DNA from: Owenia fusiformis
Lineage: Eukaryota
Direction of reading: 5' to 3'
NCBI GenBank assembly: GCA_903813345.2
Contig: CAIIXF020000001.1
Coordinates: 44,020,001 to 44,084,000, forward strand
DNA length: 64,000 nucleotides
The translations under genes were made by a program, and so were the position numbers. Positions 27,481 to 39,062 of this stretch are shown here, in pieces (positions within the stretch are counted from its first letter, which is position 1; every line of letters begins with the position of its first letter). The notes under the pieces were generated by a model. It worked only from the letters and a program-made list of their open reading frames with translations, was not told where the DNA came from and searched no databases.

Positions 27481-30142
27481 ATGATTGTTTAATGAATGAT
27501 TAACATGTAAGCTTTTTTTTAAAATCATTTTATTTAAAAAATAACATGTAAGCTTACCATATATAATATACTTGGTTCATGGATCAGTTAATCAGTTTAT
27601 AGCTTTTGTCATTCGTGATAATAAATTGCAAAACTTTCAAATATCCGCCCCTCCACTTGAAAAAATAGATGGGTTGAGTAATATTTACAATCGTAAAACA
27701 ACCAATTTGTTATTTTGAAAATAAATCTTCAATAACCCCATCAGTTGATTAGATATCATGGATCTTTTTTGACAAGTTACTTGTATTGGAATGATACAGG
27801 ACACGTTCAAGACGCGGGTCAAGACGTTGGTTGAAATGATTATTAGACAGTCAAACTCGCACCCTTTGCTTTAGCTAATGCTTGAGAATGTATTCCGGGT
27901 TGTATTCCAAGGGACTATATTAAATAATATTTTTGTTATTAACTTTATTGAATCACTATATTTACATAAAATATTTTCCAAGCTGTTAATACTTACATGT
28001 AGATGTTTTGATTATGTCCAATGTTTGTCCTTTCTCTTTGGCATTTGTGCGTACACGTAAAAATAATAAGTTTTTAATAATCGCCCAAATTAACTTTTTT
28101 TGTCTCATACCGGAGTTTCTCGCGAAAAGCCCCATGGGCCTTTATTTGAAAGAGAGGTGTATGAAAAAGTTTTCCCCTTTTTATAAAGGCCAACACACAA
28201 TCAGTTTTCCATCTTAATTCTGAAGTGAGAATTTTGGTTATTAGGTTCTCTGAAGGTACATTCAAACATGCATATTTTGTTTGTGAAACCATTCAAACTT
28301 TGATACGTGAATAATTAAACAAATTGCTTTTCTTAAATTAAGGAGCAAGAAACAGGTAACGTTTCTTTTTGTTGAATTGTCTATTTACTTGAACCTTACT
28401 TTTCACAACATTTGTAGTTTTTGTGTCATATTCAATCTTATAAACAATATCATTAAATCACCTTGCATAGTTTGAAGTCATCTGAGGCATTTAAAGACAG
28501 CCAAGTTGTTCTGGAATTCCAGATACATAGGGTAACTTTTAGATGTAGCACAAATGATGAGGAGTATGAGGACACTCTGCATCGGTGGTGTTTTTTGTCC
28601 AACAGGGCACAATTTGAAGAATAATGAAATTCGTAACTGCGTTCATGATACTATTCCGTAAGTATGAAGACCATGTGTTAACTTCACGATCTATAATATC
28701 CCTCAAAATAAAGCCTGGCACATTGGCGTGGGAAAGCTATTTTCCCTCTTTATTAACGCCCATCCCCATGACCCCCCTCGGGTGCAAAATAAACGCCCAG
28801 CAGTGGGCGTAATAGCGAGAAACAGTAGTCCAAGCTCACTAGTGTGTGTTATGTACCCCAGTATGTATTGGCAATTAATAACTGGACATTATACAAAATA
28901 ATGTAACCTCTTCAGCATTGTAAAACTTACATATATCTGTTGTTGCATTATTTAAGAGAGAATCAGATCTAGCGAGCAAGCTAAACAAAAAATGATAAAT
29001 CAAATCTTAGAATATTTTTGGCTCATATACCTCATGTCAATTTTCTAAAAAAAATCCAAATGCATACTTTTATTTAGGAAAACTAAGAAAATCACAATAG
29101 TTTACTCGTATTATTTTTCTACTATTGTGGTTACATTTTATTATTTGGGTGAATTTGAACCTTTTCAGCCCCAATTTTTGCCCTTTGAATTCTTAATAAC
29201 ATGATAGCACCAATTCCCAACATATCGTACCTTGTAGGAGATATTGTATTTGGGATTTTAAGGAATAGATTGGTAGAGCAGTCATTTTGATCGCATATCT
29301 GTCACCTAAATCTGATTCTGCCTTTAGATACACCCGATTTCAACATATGTGGAGTATCTTTCATTGTATATAATATATATGATTATTAACATATAGGGTT
29401 TGGGCCGATATAAAGATGGCAGCTGCGGTATAATCCCATCGCGTTTCTCTTCGAGAAGTGTAAATTACGACGAAGTATTTAGATTGAAAACCTTATTTCT
29501 ATCGACATTTAGCCTATGATTCATAAAGGAGTATCTTTGGTATCGTGCGATATGTACCTACCATTGAACGTCAAAATATTAATGTACATGACTGTTCTCG
29601 CCATCAGAGAATGTCTCAGTCACTGAACGTTTCGGGTGCTTACCGTAGAAAAGACCACCGACCAGTCACTCTCCACAGTTGGGTACACGTTGACGGCTGT
29701 CTTTTACATTAAAATGAATAGATGCAAAATTAGAAGAGGAAAACAAACTAAAAAAGGAATCCAATGACTATAGTACCTTTACAAGATCGTGATTAGACGG
29801 CGAAAATATGTTTTAACCATTTTAGTCACGATGAAAAAAGCACATGAAAAAACCAACATCATCGTCAATTCAATTTCATTCTTGCTAGTCATTTTATTAT
29901 GAAAATTACAAAAAAACTGATTTCTCAGTTGTTAAACGTCAATCTGGTAAAACCTACATTCAATATGACAAAAATAGCTTTCCAATGATTAGTCACGTTT
30001 AATCCTGACAAGAAAACGCACGTACATTACATCGTGTTCAGTACTCCGGGGTTCAGTATTCACTATTCAGTACCCGGGATTCAGTATGACAATATATCAT
30101 TTGTGTTAGAAATACGCAATTTTCATGAGATATGGCCTACGT

Positions 30143-30678
30143 CACTGGTGATCCACTCGATTACGCTGGTTACCAAAACGAACCGTTTTGGTAACAAAAT
30201 GTCGGAACATCCGGAAGGTACGATGTTCTCGTTTCCTTATTTTACACGTTGTAGGCAGAATTCCCACGACATTTTTAAACACAAACGTGTAATAGTATTA
30301 TATGTTTAAGAAATTGTACATATTTGCGAACAAATAGTTCAGAAGACAACAGAATCGTCGATTTACTTCCTCACTTAAGTTACATAAACGGTTTGGGTTA
30401 AAAGTGCAGATCTTAACTGTTTTTCGAAAAACCGTTTATGTAACTTAAGTGAGGAAGTAAATCGACGATTCTGTTGTCCTCTGAGCTATTTTTTCGCAAA
30501 CATGTACATTTTCTAAAACATATGATACTGATGCACGTTGTGAGAAAAAACGTCGTGGGGATTCCACCTACAACGCGTGAAATAAGGAAAAAATAAAAAT
30601 CGTGCCTTCGACGTTCCGACATTTTGTTACCAAAACGGTTCGTTTTGGTAACCAGCGTAATCGAGTAGATCGCCAGTG
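30143..30678. mobile_element. Foldback MITE, 536 bp, CAC termini, 5-bp TSD (Transib/RAG-like signature)
   Basis: TACGT|CACTGGTGATCCACTCGATTACGCTGGTTACCAAAACG ... CGTTTTGGTAACCAGCGTAATCGAGTAGATCGCCAGTG|TACGT. The arms are inverted over ~250 bp with a short central spacer. Confidence 0.88.
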
Positions 30679-31927
30679 TACGTTGAATTTCAGTAAAAAA
30701 GTAGGATAGATTCCCTCCATATCCAGCAATCGTAATGTTAAATCGGACATCACCTTATCTCCTAACTGGTACTATTACTGAGATTTCGTATCAACACTTT
30801 AGTCTACTAAATTATTGTTTAAAACTCATATATGTGAGCGTTAATGCAGGGGCATTTCATACAGCCTATAAACACCGCCCTTTCATTAAATGTGTTTTCT
30901 GGTTTCCTTAATTTCGCCAATTTCTTAAGAAATTGGTGGATAATTTGAAGATTATATGATCAGACACATAAATATGGCATATACCACATAAGTTTCTCAT
31001 ATTTAGTTGTTGTTTTTTAGTTGCTGTTTTTTGTTGAACCATATATTACGTACATGGATAACGTATTTTATTTACAAGTAGGCTGCATCTTGTATTAGAC
31101 CAACATAGCATCAAGTTTCACTAGAGCTGCTAAGAACACTTCTTATCAGATGTGTTGACAGCTCTCCTGATAAAGAAAGTGACCGGAGATTTCTGGATTT
31201 GCAGTAGAAACAATAGTTGGCAGGTCAGGAACCTAAGCGTTTGCTTGCCTTTTGTTTTAATCATTTTAATTGATTTGAAAAGAACAAAATGGGTAAAAAC
31301 GTTGCCTACGATTGACATAGAAGGCGACAAATATGCTCGATCTTTTACCCATTTTCCTCAAACCCTGTTTTGATGCTACATGTGGAAAAGGCAACGACCG
31401 GTCGGTGGTTGGTGACTCACTATGTCATGACACACCGCGTTCTTGGATATAGAAAAGAAAGTGTAGTTTTTAAGGTTACAGTTGTATCTTCTTGCAATGG
31501 CATTGGAAATCATGTAAAGGGAACATGCCGTTTTTCTTGGGAATTAAACATTTCTGAAAACATTCAAAAGATTCCAATATTTTCGCACTCAGCCGTGTTC
31601 TTGAGACTGAGTTATTTGGCATTATTATTTTGAAGACAAATTAGTAGCGACATTATAATAATGAGGGGGGGGGGTAAACCGAAATATCACTATTTTTATA
31701 GTCATTAAAAGTAATTGTAGATGTACATCCTATGACTACAATGATCCTATCACTTTGTCGTGTACTCCGTACCAACATTAATGTTCTAGTGACAAACATT
31801 AGTGCACATAGTTCCCTACCTGCCCCTCCCCTAAGATTAATTCAATATTCGTGTAAAACGTTGTAGGCCACTCTCTCCGTCAACTCGAATAGGTCACATT
31901 TAATATCCCAACCTAAAGTTAGCTAAA

Positions 31928-31981
31928 TTCAAATTCAAATTTCGCGGCAAAACTTTTAGCCAATCAGATTTAAGTTTCAAA
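31928..31981. promoter_or_regulatory. E2F/CHR/CCAAT (cell-cycle-type) motif cluster
   Basis: The minus strand reads TTTGCCGC-GAAA-TTTGAA-TTTGAA (E2F site, 4-nt spacer, CHR). AGCCAATCAG (NF-Y box) lies at 31958-31967 and a further TTCAAA at 31976-31981. Confidence 0.45.
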
Positions 31982-32458
31982 CGTTATCCTGCAGCGAATT
32001 TCCTTTTCCTGTTAACTTTTCAGGTGAGTTATTTTACATTCTTTAGAACTTTTCATATGTTGGCGGGTCTGAAAAGGGTGAAGGATGATGTAGTATTTTT
32101 CCCCTTGTGAAGGTTTAGATTAAGAATTCACACAAGGAAGTGCCAAAGGTGTACATTTATTGAAAATGAAAGAACTTTTTCAGAGAGGAAAGATCAATTT
32201 ATACTTTTCACAATCACGTCTCGGTCACATTCAGCACCATCTATCATCCTTAGTATTAGACTGAAAGTCCAGTGTGGGTCTTAGGATCTTTCTGTCACTT
32301 GAACTGGCAATCGACTTGTGTTTTCACACTCGCCAATGAAGAATTACACTGGCCACAGTGTTGCCACTGATGACAAATTATATTTATACAGTGCTCACCA
32401 TAAAGAATTACAAAAGCTATGGAAATTACATGCTGTCGCACATGTAATAAATTCTTAC

Positions 32459-32620
32459 CTCGGTGTATTCAGTGCTCTATTTTCTCCGTCCTAGTAAGTC
32501 CAGATATAGTGGAATTCGTGTCCATAATGACAAATAAGAACTTTGAAGTGGAATTCACATGTTAATGCCTACTCTTCGAATGTTGAGGTGATTTTGGAGC
32601 TGGATTACGCGGCAATGTGG
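32459..32620 (-). other. Candidate first (non-coding) exon of a minus-strand transcript
   Basis: Consensus donor GAG|GTAAGA at 32459/32458, next to the promoter block. All three frames are closed near the donor; there is an 18-codon uORF MDTNSTISGLTRTEKIEH*. The 5' boundary is a guess. Confidence 0.4.
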
Positions 32621-32757
32621 ATTGGCTCCCAGAATGCAACATGACACGTGTCAGCTTTCAAAATGCCATTCCGCCATCTTGAAATCTGTCACAAGTAAAT
32701 AAGGTTACCTGTTGTTGCATTCTGGGAGTCAATCCTCCTTGGATCACAAACATGGCG
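32619..32757. promoter_or_regulatory. Candidate bidirectional promoter: inverted ZNF143/Staf-like sites, E-box, two divergent YY1 motifs
   Basis: GGATTGGCTCCCAGAATGCAACA (32619-32641) and its 22/23 inverted copy (32713-32735). TGACACGTGTCA palindrome (32642-32653). CCGCCATCTT (32671-32680) and AACATGGCG (32749-32757). Splice donors point outward on both sides (minus AG|GTAAGA at 32459; plus TTG|GTAGGG at 32787). Confidence 0.6.
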
Positions 32758-33214
32758 ATTCATGAAAACATTCGTTCGATTTGCTTGGTAGGGATTTATC
32801 CATCATTTGCAGCTATGATGCTTTGGATTCATTTATTGTGCTACTTAGAGTGAACTGAATGGCTCGATTAGTGAAGAGATTTATTTAAAAGTGAAAAGTA
32901 TAACATGCTTGTCAACTTCAATAAAATAATCATTGGATTACTCAAGTCTCTTGCAAGAAATTCAAAAAATACTTCTCAAGAGGGTCTGGTCATTTACGTT
33001 GAACAAAAATCTTAATATTTTAAATCAGCAGATTTTTCATAATTTTCACAATTAATAATGTAGTCCTTATCTTGGCATATATTATATTGTTAATTTTAAC
33101 AGTAATGTTTTAAAACAACCTATTCTTGGCAAAACAGAAGTATTTAAAGATGGAGGAAGATAAGTGCAGTCATGCAACTTCTCTGGTTTCAGTATACATG
33201 TAGTAACTATATAT

Positions 33215-33465
33215 GAGCCAGGCAACAGGAAAAGGGTTCTTATCATAGATTTTTCAATATTTTGATTTTTTGTTTATCTTAAAAAATCACAAAAATACCT
33301 TTCAAATGAGCCATGACTTATGTCTTAACGATTTTTCCTTGCATATATAGACCAAAAAGTCGGATTTTATTTTAGCACATTTTCCTCTTAATTTTGGGCA
33401 CATTTTTGGCTCTGTAGCACAATTTAAATTTTTGTGATAAGACTGGTTTTCCTATGGCCAGGCTC
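33215..33465. mobile_element. Sola-like MITE (GAG...CTC termini, 4-bp TSD ATAT)
   Basis: ATAT|GAGCCAGGCAACAGGAAAAGGGTTCTTATCA ... TGATAAGACTGGTTTTCCTATGGCCAGGCTC|ATAT. Confidence 0.7.
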
Positions 33466-33589
33466 ATATAATGAAATGTTACATGTCACAGACGCTGATG
33501 GTGAATGACCAACAATGTCAAAGTATGACATAAATTTCACTGCATGAAGCTGAAAATAGAACAGATAAATAAAATAACTGAATAATTAA

Positions 33590-34441
33590 TAGGGATAGAA
33601 AGTGTCCAGTATTTTCGTCTGGTACAACTGGAAATACTGGACGCAGACCTCCATTTTTGATGAGAGAAAGGTAGGTGTAATTTTACTCGGTAGCCTGTGA
33701 TCGTTTTACAGTGTGTCCTTACCTAAACACACGGTACTAACTTCGACCGTTAATTTGAATTTTTGACCTACCGGATGTTTGAAAATCAAGGATTACGAGT
33801 CTCATACTGCACCGTTTTTCTTTAAACTTGTTCCATTCAAAGCATAACAAAAATTCCTTTCTGTTGGTACATTATTCTCTTAAACAGAGTCCCTACTTCC
33901 AGCGGCATTTTGGTCCCCAGCTGTAGGAAGGCCTTCTAAAAGCTGGGGACCAAAACGCTGCTAGAACGAGGGACTCTTTACAATAAAGTAATGCACCGAC
34001 AGAAAGGCAATTTTTTTTTGCTTTTAATGGTATAAGTTTGAAGAAAAACGGTGCAGTATGAGACTCATGATCTTTGATTTTCGAGCATCTGGTAGGTCAA
34101 AAATTCAAATTAACGGTCGAAGTTAGTACCGCGTGCTAAAACAGGATCATTAGATTCCCTGTACATTGGGGAACATCCAATTCTTATTACAGCTATCCAT
34201 CTATCTGCAATGTGCACATTACAAAAAATCTAGATAAATGACTGTCCTTCTATAAGAATTGTGTCTTCCTCAATGTACTGGGAATCTGATGAGCCTGTTT
34301 CTAGGTAAGGAAACACTGTAAAACGATCACAGGCTACCGAGTAAAATCACAAACTACCTCTCTCTGGATCAACAATGGAGGTCTGCGTGCAGTATCTCAG
34401 TTTGTAACAGACGAAAACAATGGATGCGTTTCTACCCCCTG
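33590..34441. mobile_element. Older foldback element hosting a nested MITE
   Basis: 33591-33727 plus 34141-34190 is the diverged inverted copy of ~34250-34440 (e.g. TTTTACTCGGTAGCCTGTGATCGTTTTACAGTGT / ACACTGTAAAACGATCACAGGCTACCGAGTAAAA). The TSD was not resolved. Confidence 0.8.
33728..34135. mobile_element. Foldback MITE, 408 bp, CAC termini, 5-bp TSD CTAAA
   Basis: CTAAA|CACACGGTACTAACTTCGACCGTTAATTTGAATTTTTGACCTACC ... GGTAGGTCAAAAATTCAAATTAACGGTCGAAGTTAGTACCGCGTG|CTAAA. Palindromic almost to the centre (~33930). Confidence 0.9.
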
Positions 34442-34526
34442 ATACATCCCAGGTGAAGATAAGATAATTTACATAATGTCAACCACATATTCAATAAGCA
34501 ATAGGTGTTTAACTTTAAGCAACATG

Positions 34527-34843
34527 CAGGGTGACATAAAAAATGCTACCCATTAATTTTTCTCAATAATTAGGAATTATCATCATTTTTTTTTGTAGAT
34601 AGAGTGTATGCTTTCATAGCATCAACAACTTTGCGATTTAGAGATATCACGTTTTCTGTCCAGGTATGCTCTCGACGAAATTGTCAAAAAATGTTCAAAA
34701 AAACAATTTTCTGAAATTGGGATTTCTGTCCAATCTTTCTTCCATTGAAAACTCTCTATCTACGCATAAAACATCATGGGGATTCCTTAATTATTTAGAA
34801 ACTTATTCCAAAATTAGTTGGTGGCATTTTTTATGTCACCCTG
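34527..34843. mobile_element. Tc1/mariner-type MITE
   Basis: TIR CAGGGTGACATAAAAAATGC / GCATTTTTTATGTCACCCTG. Flanks are TG / TA, i.e. a TA TSD with one substitution. Confidence 0.85.
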
Positions 34844-37800
34844 TATGTTTCCATTTCAAGGAATCATGGGACTTCACATATAGCCACATTCTTAGAGTTT
34901 AGATATTTTCTCAATAAATAATTTTATTTTAAATAGTGATCTGACCCTTGTATTGAAAATAAAAATACCAGATGGTAGGCTATAATATGAGAATTACACT
35001 GCACTCAGTTGAAAATCTATCAATCAATCTGTCATTCCATCTGTTTAAATTTTTTCTGTAATTTCCACATTATCAATTTAAGAGGCTTCTCCTACAGGAG
35101 ACAATGGGAGACAAGGGGATAACGATGTGGCTATTGAAATGTAGCCTAAAATGTGAAGTTTGCTCAATTGACTTGAACCTGTGTGGCATGCTCTATAGCT
35201 ATAGTAAACCAAAAATACTAGCGTCAGATGTTCTGAAGAAAATATATAACTTTCCATAAAGATATGATTATTGTGCTGAATAAGTATGCATAAAGGCATG
35301 TACATGTATTAGCAATGGCATTGTTGGAGATGCATTAGCATTGTGTTAGTTTGGTCATATTAGCTCAGTAGTTGCAATCAAGTATTAGTCTGTACTTAAA
35401 GACTTATTTGTCATGTTTTGATACAATTATCAATAACAGTCATATAATTGTAAAAAGGGCATCAAAAGATTATTGTTTCTTACTTCCCACCCTTTTTCAA
35501 AAGTTGAGGCATTTCAAAGTTATCCATTACACTTAAGGTAATTGACACTGCCAGCCTCTTTTTAGGATATTCACCCATTACATTGTACTACTGAAATCTT
35601 ACATTCACCAGAATTGTAGAACAAATCTCCTCTAATCCTGCATATAAATAGGAAATGCCATAATGGTTGAAATTGAAACGAATAAAGGATAGTTTAACAT
35701 ATAAATAAATATTAAAAGTAAATCAGCTTTGACTTATAATGGAAGGACTCATAATTTGAGATTTGGGAATTTTATTTCTAATTTATTTCACCAAACCTTT
35801 GTTGATTCTGCTAATATGTTCTTCAGCATTTAGAATATCACATTATCAGAAATATGTTAAGCTTTCCATTCAGCTTAGTGTAAGACTATAAAAGTGATGA
35901 TCTGAGCATTTTGATAGGTGTATATCAAGTTACATGTTAACCGTTCTATACAAAACCCTGTAAACAATTTTTATTTATGATGGCAAGTCATACTTGACAC
36001 AATATCGGCATTTTAAATAGATTTTCTTTTCTTTAAAAAAGACCTTATATTTTTTTTCACTTACAGTTGTAAAATCTATATTATTTGTCATGATATTCAT
36101 GACTTAATTTTTTGCACAAAAATGAGACCAGTGCCAATTTAACTTAAATACTATAGATGTCCTCAGAATGATCGGTCAATTGATCAACTTAAATTAAATA
36201 GAACTGTTTGATATCAAGTATTGTTTTGTTTGTGTAAATACAGAACTAACGTACAATCCCATTCTGTATAACACCAAGGCGAGGATGACATATTGCACTT
36301 AAAAGGACTCTTTAAAGAGAAAAGATCTGAGGTAAAGTTAGTGTTCATTTCGAGAGAGTTTATATGGTCATGGTGACATATGTTGAAGAAATTACTCAGG
36401 TCGAAGTGCCTATTTAATATTGAATTAATAAGTTATAATACCCTCATATAACTGTACAGGATTTAACAGGTGAAACACACTGAAGGTAGGACTTGTGTTA
36501 CACTTAAAGTTTGGATATTAAGATTCTAAGATTCCAACAGGCTCAGTAATAGCTATCTCTGAAGTGATGGTTATAAGGTAGGGAGTAACATTACATGTCA
36601 CAGTGCCTTGGTGTAACATACAGATGAAAAAAGTAAGGAAGGTACATATAATGTGTGAGAGTATTTCATTATATATTATACATATATTGATGATTTATGA
36701 AGTGTGATTATTCGACTAAAAGTATCCATGTTTTCTAAACATTTTCTGAATTCACAATATTGTGAAAATTTGAATTTAGCATAAGAAATTTATTAATAGA
36801 ACTAACATTTAAAATTAGTCTTCTGATGATAAATGGCAGTCTTAAACTACTTAGTTTGATTTAAATAGTTGAATGATTATTATTTATTATTTTATTCAAA
36901 GGAGAGTGAAAACATATAATTATTCCAAAGTTCAACAACTTCAGCTTGATGTACAAAGATGATTCAATAATGAATTTACATTTATTTATTTGATTGGCAT
37001 AATTTGTTATAATTTCACCCCTGGCCAACAACTGATATGGCCTTGTATGAGTTTATGGTAATGTTATTGATATATAGAATGAATTGATGGTCAATATTTA
37101 ACATCTTTATGAAGACTCGTACATTCTATATCCTCATGTAATATGTATAAGACCAGGCTCAAATGTTGAATGAAAAATAGTATTTTATTTTAGACTGATA
37201 TAAGTTAAAGGTCAGTCATTGTTTGTTCAAGGCTAATTGTGTGATTGTCTCACAACCCATCACAATACTAGGTTGTCTAGATACATTTTCTAGGATGTGT
37301 CAACACATAATCGTGAATTGCTTCAACAGAGTACCTCATGAAGGGCTAGCCTACTATACTCTATGTTGGAAAACAATTTGATATCATTACTCATTATTAT
37401 GGATGAATCAAAAAATGAGCCAACATTTCAAAAGAGGACCACCTCTATCAATATCCATATCTTTTTTGTTTCAAACTTTAAATACTTGTATAGATGGAAA
37501 TCTTTTTCAATATCCTCATGCAATAGTTCCATATGCACTTCCACTGTAATAACCCAGTCTGACTGGCTAACCCTTATATGAGATATCTCTATTATATTAG
37601 TTAATTCAATTAAAAAAGCGTGCAGGGGTGAATGAGCGAGAAATAGAAATATCAATTCCATACTATAGATATTTATCAATATGAAACAAGAATTACTTAA
37701 TACTAACTTTTAAGGGAAAATATATTAAATATTTACAAACTGGGTTAGTTTATATATGGGTTAACCCAAAATAGATCATTGAGCAGTCAAAACTCTCAGA

Positions 37801-38136
37801 CTGATGAATCGAAGCTGGATGAACAAATTACAGTATTGTGGTAGAATATATATGAAGTTAGAGGTTATTGTCTGTCTGACGGACTAACTGCAAATTAGTA
37901 TGTAATCATGCTTTATGTTATTAGAAATATTGATGTATGGTGTATTTACATGTATATATCAATTGGTATGTTAGAATTTATTTCAAGATCTATCGTCTCC
38001 TGCGGGAGACAATGGGATATACATGTGTTACTTTTGTCATCTCATTGTAGTGTCTCCAGATAACATATAAATGAAAACAAACTTACTATTAGTCTAATGT
38101 CATAATATTAATGTTGGTTAATCTTTATGCTTTCAG

Positions 38137-38827
38137 GTAAAATTAGCAGCTCGCAGAATCCTCCAGATGTCACGGTGTAGTATAACCAACGATGAATTGC
38201 TATTATCCTCATAAGGAGGATGATACTAAGAATCTAAAGCATACACAATATCACCTGTAATGTCACACTCTGAAGATGCGTATAGAATGAATTATGGACA
38301 TCATAATTTTGGGATCAGTTTTTTCATGAGACATTGAAAAATCTTTCCCTTATCTTTATCTTCTCAGGATATTACGTTTTTGTGATGTTATGGATATGAC
38401 ATTTACTTCATAATGATTTCATGAGTATATTTCATAATATGAATGCGCTGCAGACTGTTTGATCCCAGGGAATAACAGATCAGGATATATTGAGCAATCC
38501 AGGACTTGAACAGAGTAAGGCATTGTAGCTGTATGTATTGTAGGCCTGGTGTGGCTGATGGAAAGCTACAGCTGTTTCAGTACAGAACCCTGTAAAGGAA
38601 GAACACAAGAACAAATTTTGACAGCATATAATAAATACTATGGATACTTGAAGTACAGTAGCTGAATGCTCCCAAGAAACTCCAAGAATCCCTTTACCAG
38701 ATATTGCCAAAGTAACTATTACTTTTCGACAGCAGTTCACTAAACATGGAGTGAAAATACTCTTGGAGAAAACCTTAGCTGAACTACATAATCAAATTTC
38801 TATTATAAAATATGAATAACTAGAAAG
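38137..38827 (+). other. Probable 5' UTR portion of the kazrin start-codon exon
   Basis: Acceptor-like ctttatgctttcag| at 38136. The sequence up to the ATG at 38828 is free of recognisable repeats and contains several upstream ATGs. Confidence 0.35.
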
Positions 38828-39062
38828 ATGTCAGAAGACAACCAAGCGCCTGGTATGTCAGGCGTTGACAAGAACACAACCTATGAGAGAAAGGACAATC
38901 ATCAGTCAAGGACTCAGAGCTTTGCTGAAGCACTTGATACGGCTCTGAATGGCTTAGCTGATATGGATGAACGATCTAAGACACTGCCTCTTCCAGACAA
39001 AGCCACAGAGAAGCATAAATTTGCAAATGCAATTGCAAAACAGAATGTTATTATTGGCTCAG
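38828..39062 (+). CDS. KAZN: Kazrin orthologue, first coding exon (MSEDNQAPG...NVIIGS)
   Basis: ATG at 38828 has A at -3 and an in-frame TGA at 38813. The frame stays open to donor AG|gtatgt at 39062/39063 (phase 1), which joins exon 50060 in frame (G+CC=Ala). No homology was recognised for this exon itself. Confidence 0.7.

Noticed and set aside
31130..31633. Cluster of short ORFs upstream of the promoter
   Set aside because: No homology recognised, splice signals are weak, and lengths are compatible with chance.
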